Virus record (IMG/VR): IMGVR_UViG_3300003629_000001 | DNA length: 64,000 nucleotides | Source of the DNA: a virus | Direction: 5' to 3' (one strand) | Shown: piece after piece, positions 60,428 through 64,000 of the stretch | Layout of the letters: each line of letters opens with the position of its first letter | How positions within the stretch are numbered: the stretch's first letter is position 1 | The notes under the pieces: model-generated | Databases searched by the model: none | What the model saw: only the letters and a program-made list of their open reading frames with translations | What the model was told of the DNA's origin: nothing | Position numbers and translations under genes: made by a program

Positions 60428-60891
60428 CCATGCTGGATTTCGAGTGGGAAGTGGGCAAAGGCGACAGTCCGTTCACGGAGATTTGTATTCAGTGTCCCAA
60501 CTGTGAGAAGCAGGGCGTTTACTACGAAACGAAGATTCAGGGACAGGTCTGTTGCGAGTGCAATAAAGAGTTCGAGGGTGTCGTAACTATGAAACTCGTC
60601 GTGACGGTGAAACGATGAACGATATGCCTGATTGGTGGGAACCCGGAATCAAAATCTATCACGAAACGAGGTGTCGAAACTGTGGGAAGGGTGACGGCAT
60701 GAAGAACCCGTTCGACCGAGAGGGTCGCTGTAGCGGCTGTAATTCTATGGCACGCGGCACGTTTCCCCGCGTTGTCGTGCGAAAATAGCGTGTGTTGAAG
60801 ATTGGCACGGGCGGAGTCATTATTAGGGCTACTGACAAAGAATTAGATGGATGGATTCACACCCAGCCGGTTCTTGCTTCGGTGGTAAAGA

Positions 60892-61290
60892 GTGATAATC
60901 CACACCGACGCTTCCTGTAAGGGCAACGTCGTCGGTATTGGATATGTGATACGAGACAACAACCAGAGCCATGAGAACGCCACGTTCGAGAAGGGTGACT
61001 ACACCTCAATGGACGGCGAATACATGGCTATCCGAGAGGCCGCAAAAGTGGTTCAGCAACATTTTGAGGCCGAAATGCCGGTGTATTTCTACACCGACTG
61101 TCAGGCTGTTGCTCAAAAACTATCTGACCCCCAGTCAACGAAGTGGGAGAAGCGAGCGCACGAACTTTCACTGATTGTCGAATACGAGTTTCAGGTGAAG
61201 TGGATTCCCCGAGAACGTAATCGGAAAGCCGACAGTCTCGCCGGGACAGGCCGACGCCGAGGGGCTACGAATCCTGTTGCGGCGGACTAA
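60892..61290 (+). CDS. rnhA: Ribonuclease HI
   Basis: IHTDAS, GEYMAI, YTDCQAV and WIPRERNRKADSLA. Confidence 0.9.
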   Translation: MIIHTDASCKGNVVGIGYVIRDNNQSHENATFEKGDYTSMDGEYMAIREAAKVVQQHFEAEMPVYFYTDCQAVAQKLSDPQSTKWEKRAHELSLIVEYEFQVKWIPRERNRKADSLAGTGRRRGATNPVAAD

Positions 61291-62760
61291 TTGGTAAGTA
61301 TCGGGGAAGCATTTATTACGGTTCATCCCCTATCTCGAAACGGAATGAGCGAACCAATCTTCAACTACGGCGACCGGATTCAGTACGGGGGAAAGACTGT
61401 GGGTTCCTACGCCACCACGCTTCGGGGTGGCCGGGTGGCCGTACTCTGGAAGGTCATGCACGAGTATCAGGACTCGTATTCCACGTCAGTCGGCCTTCTG
61501 GACAAGATTGACGACGATGTGGAATACCTGTTCATGTACGACAAGGACAAGAAGGAGTTGTTCAAGTTCAAGCGCGACACCTACGAGAAGCACGAAACCA
61601 ACGTCCACCTCGAAGACCAGCCACAGAAAAGCCCGCACGTCGCCCACGCTATCGGTCACTGGACGAACGGCGACGAGATTGTGAACAACTTCACGATAGC
61701 ATAATGGCCTTATTAACAGCCGAGGAAGAGCCAGTGTGGGTCGTCAACTCCCGCACGGGCGAGACGATAGAAGCGCGAATCGACAAAGATGGGTTCGTTC
61801 GGGAGAAGGACGGCGCTGGGGCCTTCTCCGAAGGCACTTACGAACTACTCGTCGTCAACTGACGAGCGTTCTTTTCGCTGTCGTCGGGCGTAGGGGACAG
61901 ACTTAAGTCAGTTCATCCCCTATCTTGGAACGAAGATGGAACAGAAAGAACTTCCGCCAGTTGGCGCGACCGTTGAAGTGTCCTACGACGTTGCACAGCC
62001 CGGTCGTACTTTCGGCAACCGAACGTCGTTCAAGTTCACGGTAGACGAGCATACCGCTGACGGCTTCGTTGGTGGTGCTGGTATCGGAACGAAGTACGTC
62101 ACTCACAGCGACCAAGTGTTCGCTCCTACGTCCAGCGACGGATACCACGCTGACGGCGACCAGCGGATTCGTGTTGGAATGGACGCGGAATGGGAAGTGG
62201 TGGAAGAATGAGCGAGTTCGAGGAACTTCGGTCGGAAATCGAAGCGCTACACAGCGAGTATCAGGACGAAGCCAGCGAAACGCTCGGTGACGACATGACT
62301 CGCTACGGGGAAACGCAAGGCGCTCTCGAAGCGCTTCAGGAACTCCGAGAGAAGGCGAGGGAGATAGAAGAGTGAGTCCACAGTGTGTCACCTGTAAGGG
62401 TGACGGCTACCAAGAGGATGAAAACGGGGAGTACATTCACCGAATCAGCGAGGGTGAGACGTGCGATTCGTGTGGTAGACCCCACGGCTTTCAACAAGTC
62501 AGAATCTCATATTCGGTCGTGAACGAGTCGGGGAATCGAAGCCGTAGACACAAGACGGTAGACAAAGGTGATACCCCGATGGAAGCGGTCAATTCCGTAT
62601 TGGAAGACCACAGCGGCCCGCGTGGAGAACGGGTTTGCGAAATCCGTCAAATCAAGGTGAATCGGACGCCACTGATAACAGAAGAGGAAATGGGCGAGCG
62701 GTCTGTCCAATTCGAGGAAGCAGGTATAATCGCCCATACCCTTACCTTCGAGTTAGAGAA

Positions 62761-63375
62761 ATGACCCGACTCACACTTCACTGGCACTTACGAGGAATCG
62801 TAGAAGGGACGACTGTAGCCGAGTGCGTCCGCGTCGATTTAGACCACTACAGCGAGTGGTCAGAGCGCTGGTGGCCCGGACAGCGGTACTACACCGACCC
62901 CAACGTCGAAGGCTACGAGCAACACGAATCGCAATCCGCCGCTAACAGTTACACCACCGGCTTTCGTCAGGACTGTGGGGAGTTTTGTGACGCGTTCAGT
63001 ATCCGCGCTCACGAAGCGCTTCACGCTGACGACACGGTGAAGTATCTGGACGCGGTGGCCCACGACCCGACGAAGCGACACCAAGAGCGGTACGACGCCG
63101 CGCAACTCTTGGACTATCACATTTGGCCTGACTCGCCCGACGCTGGCTCTCTCGGTCGGGGGCTTCAGGCTGACCGTGACGACATAGATGTTCGAGAGTT
63201 CCTTGACGCTGGTATGGGACGCCGCTCGGTCGGGCCGACGTACATGGCTATGCGGTGTGTCAATCCCGAGTGTTCCGAAGGCGAGTGCCTGTGCGATTGG
63301 GATACGCTTCGAGACGAAAATCGGGCCGAGTGCATGGTCTGTGGCACGGAGCAACCACGACCACAGTATCCCTAA
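62761..63375 (+). CDS. Hypothetical protein with C-terminal Cys cluster
   Basis: CVNPEC...CMVC. Confidence 0.6.
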   Translation: MTRLTLHWHLRGIVEGTTVAECVRVDLDHYSEWSERWWPGQRYYTDPNVEGYEQHESQSAANSYTTGFRQDCGEFCDAFSIRAHEALHADDTVKYLDAVAHDPTKRHQERYDAAQLLDYHIWPDSPDAGSLGRGLQADRDDIDVREFLDAGMGRRSVGPTYMAMRCVNPECSEGECLCDWDTLRDENRAECMVCGTEQPRPQYP

Positions 63376-63644
63376 TGGAAATCGACACCAGTTGGTCGTA
63401 CACACAGGAAGCCTTCGCTTGTGCCTGTGTGGACGCCGGAGTGACGTTGGTTGATACTGGCGTCACGAATCCAGAAGGACACCGCCTCAAGCGTACCGTA
63501 GAAGACGTGTGTCCGTCCTGTGAGATACCATTCACTAAAATCTCGGAACACGACTATACGAAGGTTCTCGTCACGGTTCGTCGCTAACTCGCTTCTTCCA
63601 ATAACTTTATTAAACTATAGCCAAATCCTTTAATCGCATTCAAA

Positions 63645-64000
63645 ATGGCAAACGATACTGAACTAACGGGGAAGACGACCGCCGCTGTCGCTATGGTGGC
63701 GACGGTACTCGGCGTCGTTCTCCCCACGGCACTGACGGGAAGCATTCTCCCGCTCGTACTCGGCCTTGTCGGCATGGCCGCGTGTACGTATGCACTACTC
63801 GGAAAGGACTACGGAGTCTACGCGGCCCTCGCTGGCGTCCTACTGTTCTTCGTCGGCGGGTTCGCCTTCTGGTATCCGTGGTGGCAAGGAATCGCTTACG
63901 CGCTGGCGTTCAAGAATCCCGGTGGTCTTCAGTGGCTTGTCGTCGGTGTGCTGGCCGCTGTCGTGATAGCCCTACTGAAGCTCATGACTCGCACGGACGA
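63645..64000 (+). CDS. Multi-pass membrane protein, 3'-truncated, not in ORF track
   Basis: MANDTELTGKTTAAVAMVATVLGVVLP...; hydrophobic and open to the window end. Confidence 0.6.
   Translation, partial: MANDTELTGKTTAAVAMVATVLGVVLPTALTGSILPLVLGLVGMAACTYALLGKDYGVYAALAGVLLFFVGGFAFWYPWWQGIAYALAFKNPGGLQWLVVGVLAAVVIALLKLMTRTD

Overview
A 64-kb segment of a large tailed dsDNA virus (Caudoviricetes, siphovirus-type) of halophilic archaea. The evidence is an extremely acidic proteome, archaeal-type replication proteins, TATA-like promoters and a tRNA with a BHB intron. The gene order is: (1) 1-9.2 kb, an array of head-associated effector proteins carrying four ADP-ribosyltransferase-like domains, one HipA/PI3K-like kinase and a C-terminal MuF domain, which share a repeated ~50-aa tag; (2) an HNH endonuclease and a wHTH/PadR regulator island; (3) prohead protease/scaffold, HK97-fold major capsid protein, neck, tail tube, frameshifted tail chaperone, tape measure and tail-tip genes; (4) a short minus-strand block with radA and an AT-rich origin-like region; (5) a replication/recombination set (OB-fold SSB, Sak4-like ATPase, PCNA, PriS-PriL fusion, RFC small and large, PD-(D/E)XK nucleases, PolB); (6) nucleotide metabolism genes, RtcB, many Zn-finger microproteins, three tRNAs (Gln with intron, Asp, Glu), two displaced fibre-like genes and RNase HI. 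The most notable unexplained signals are: a 14-bp palindrome (YRRTA-N4-TAYYR) about once per kb, including inside genes; the tagged and apparently protease-processed effector array with staggered putative inhibitor peptides; a private C-terminal clamp-binding-like motif shared by PolB, RFC-L and three Zn-finger proteins; and a family of IGG-motif microproteins beside the tRNA cluster. All calls come from reading motifs by eye; no database search was run.
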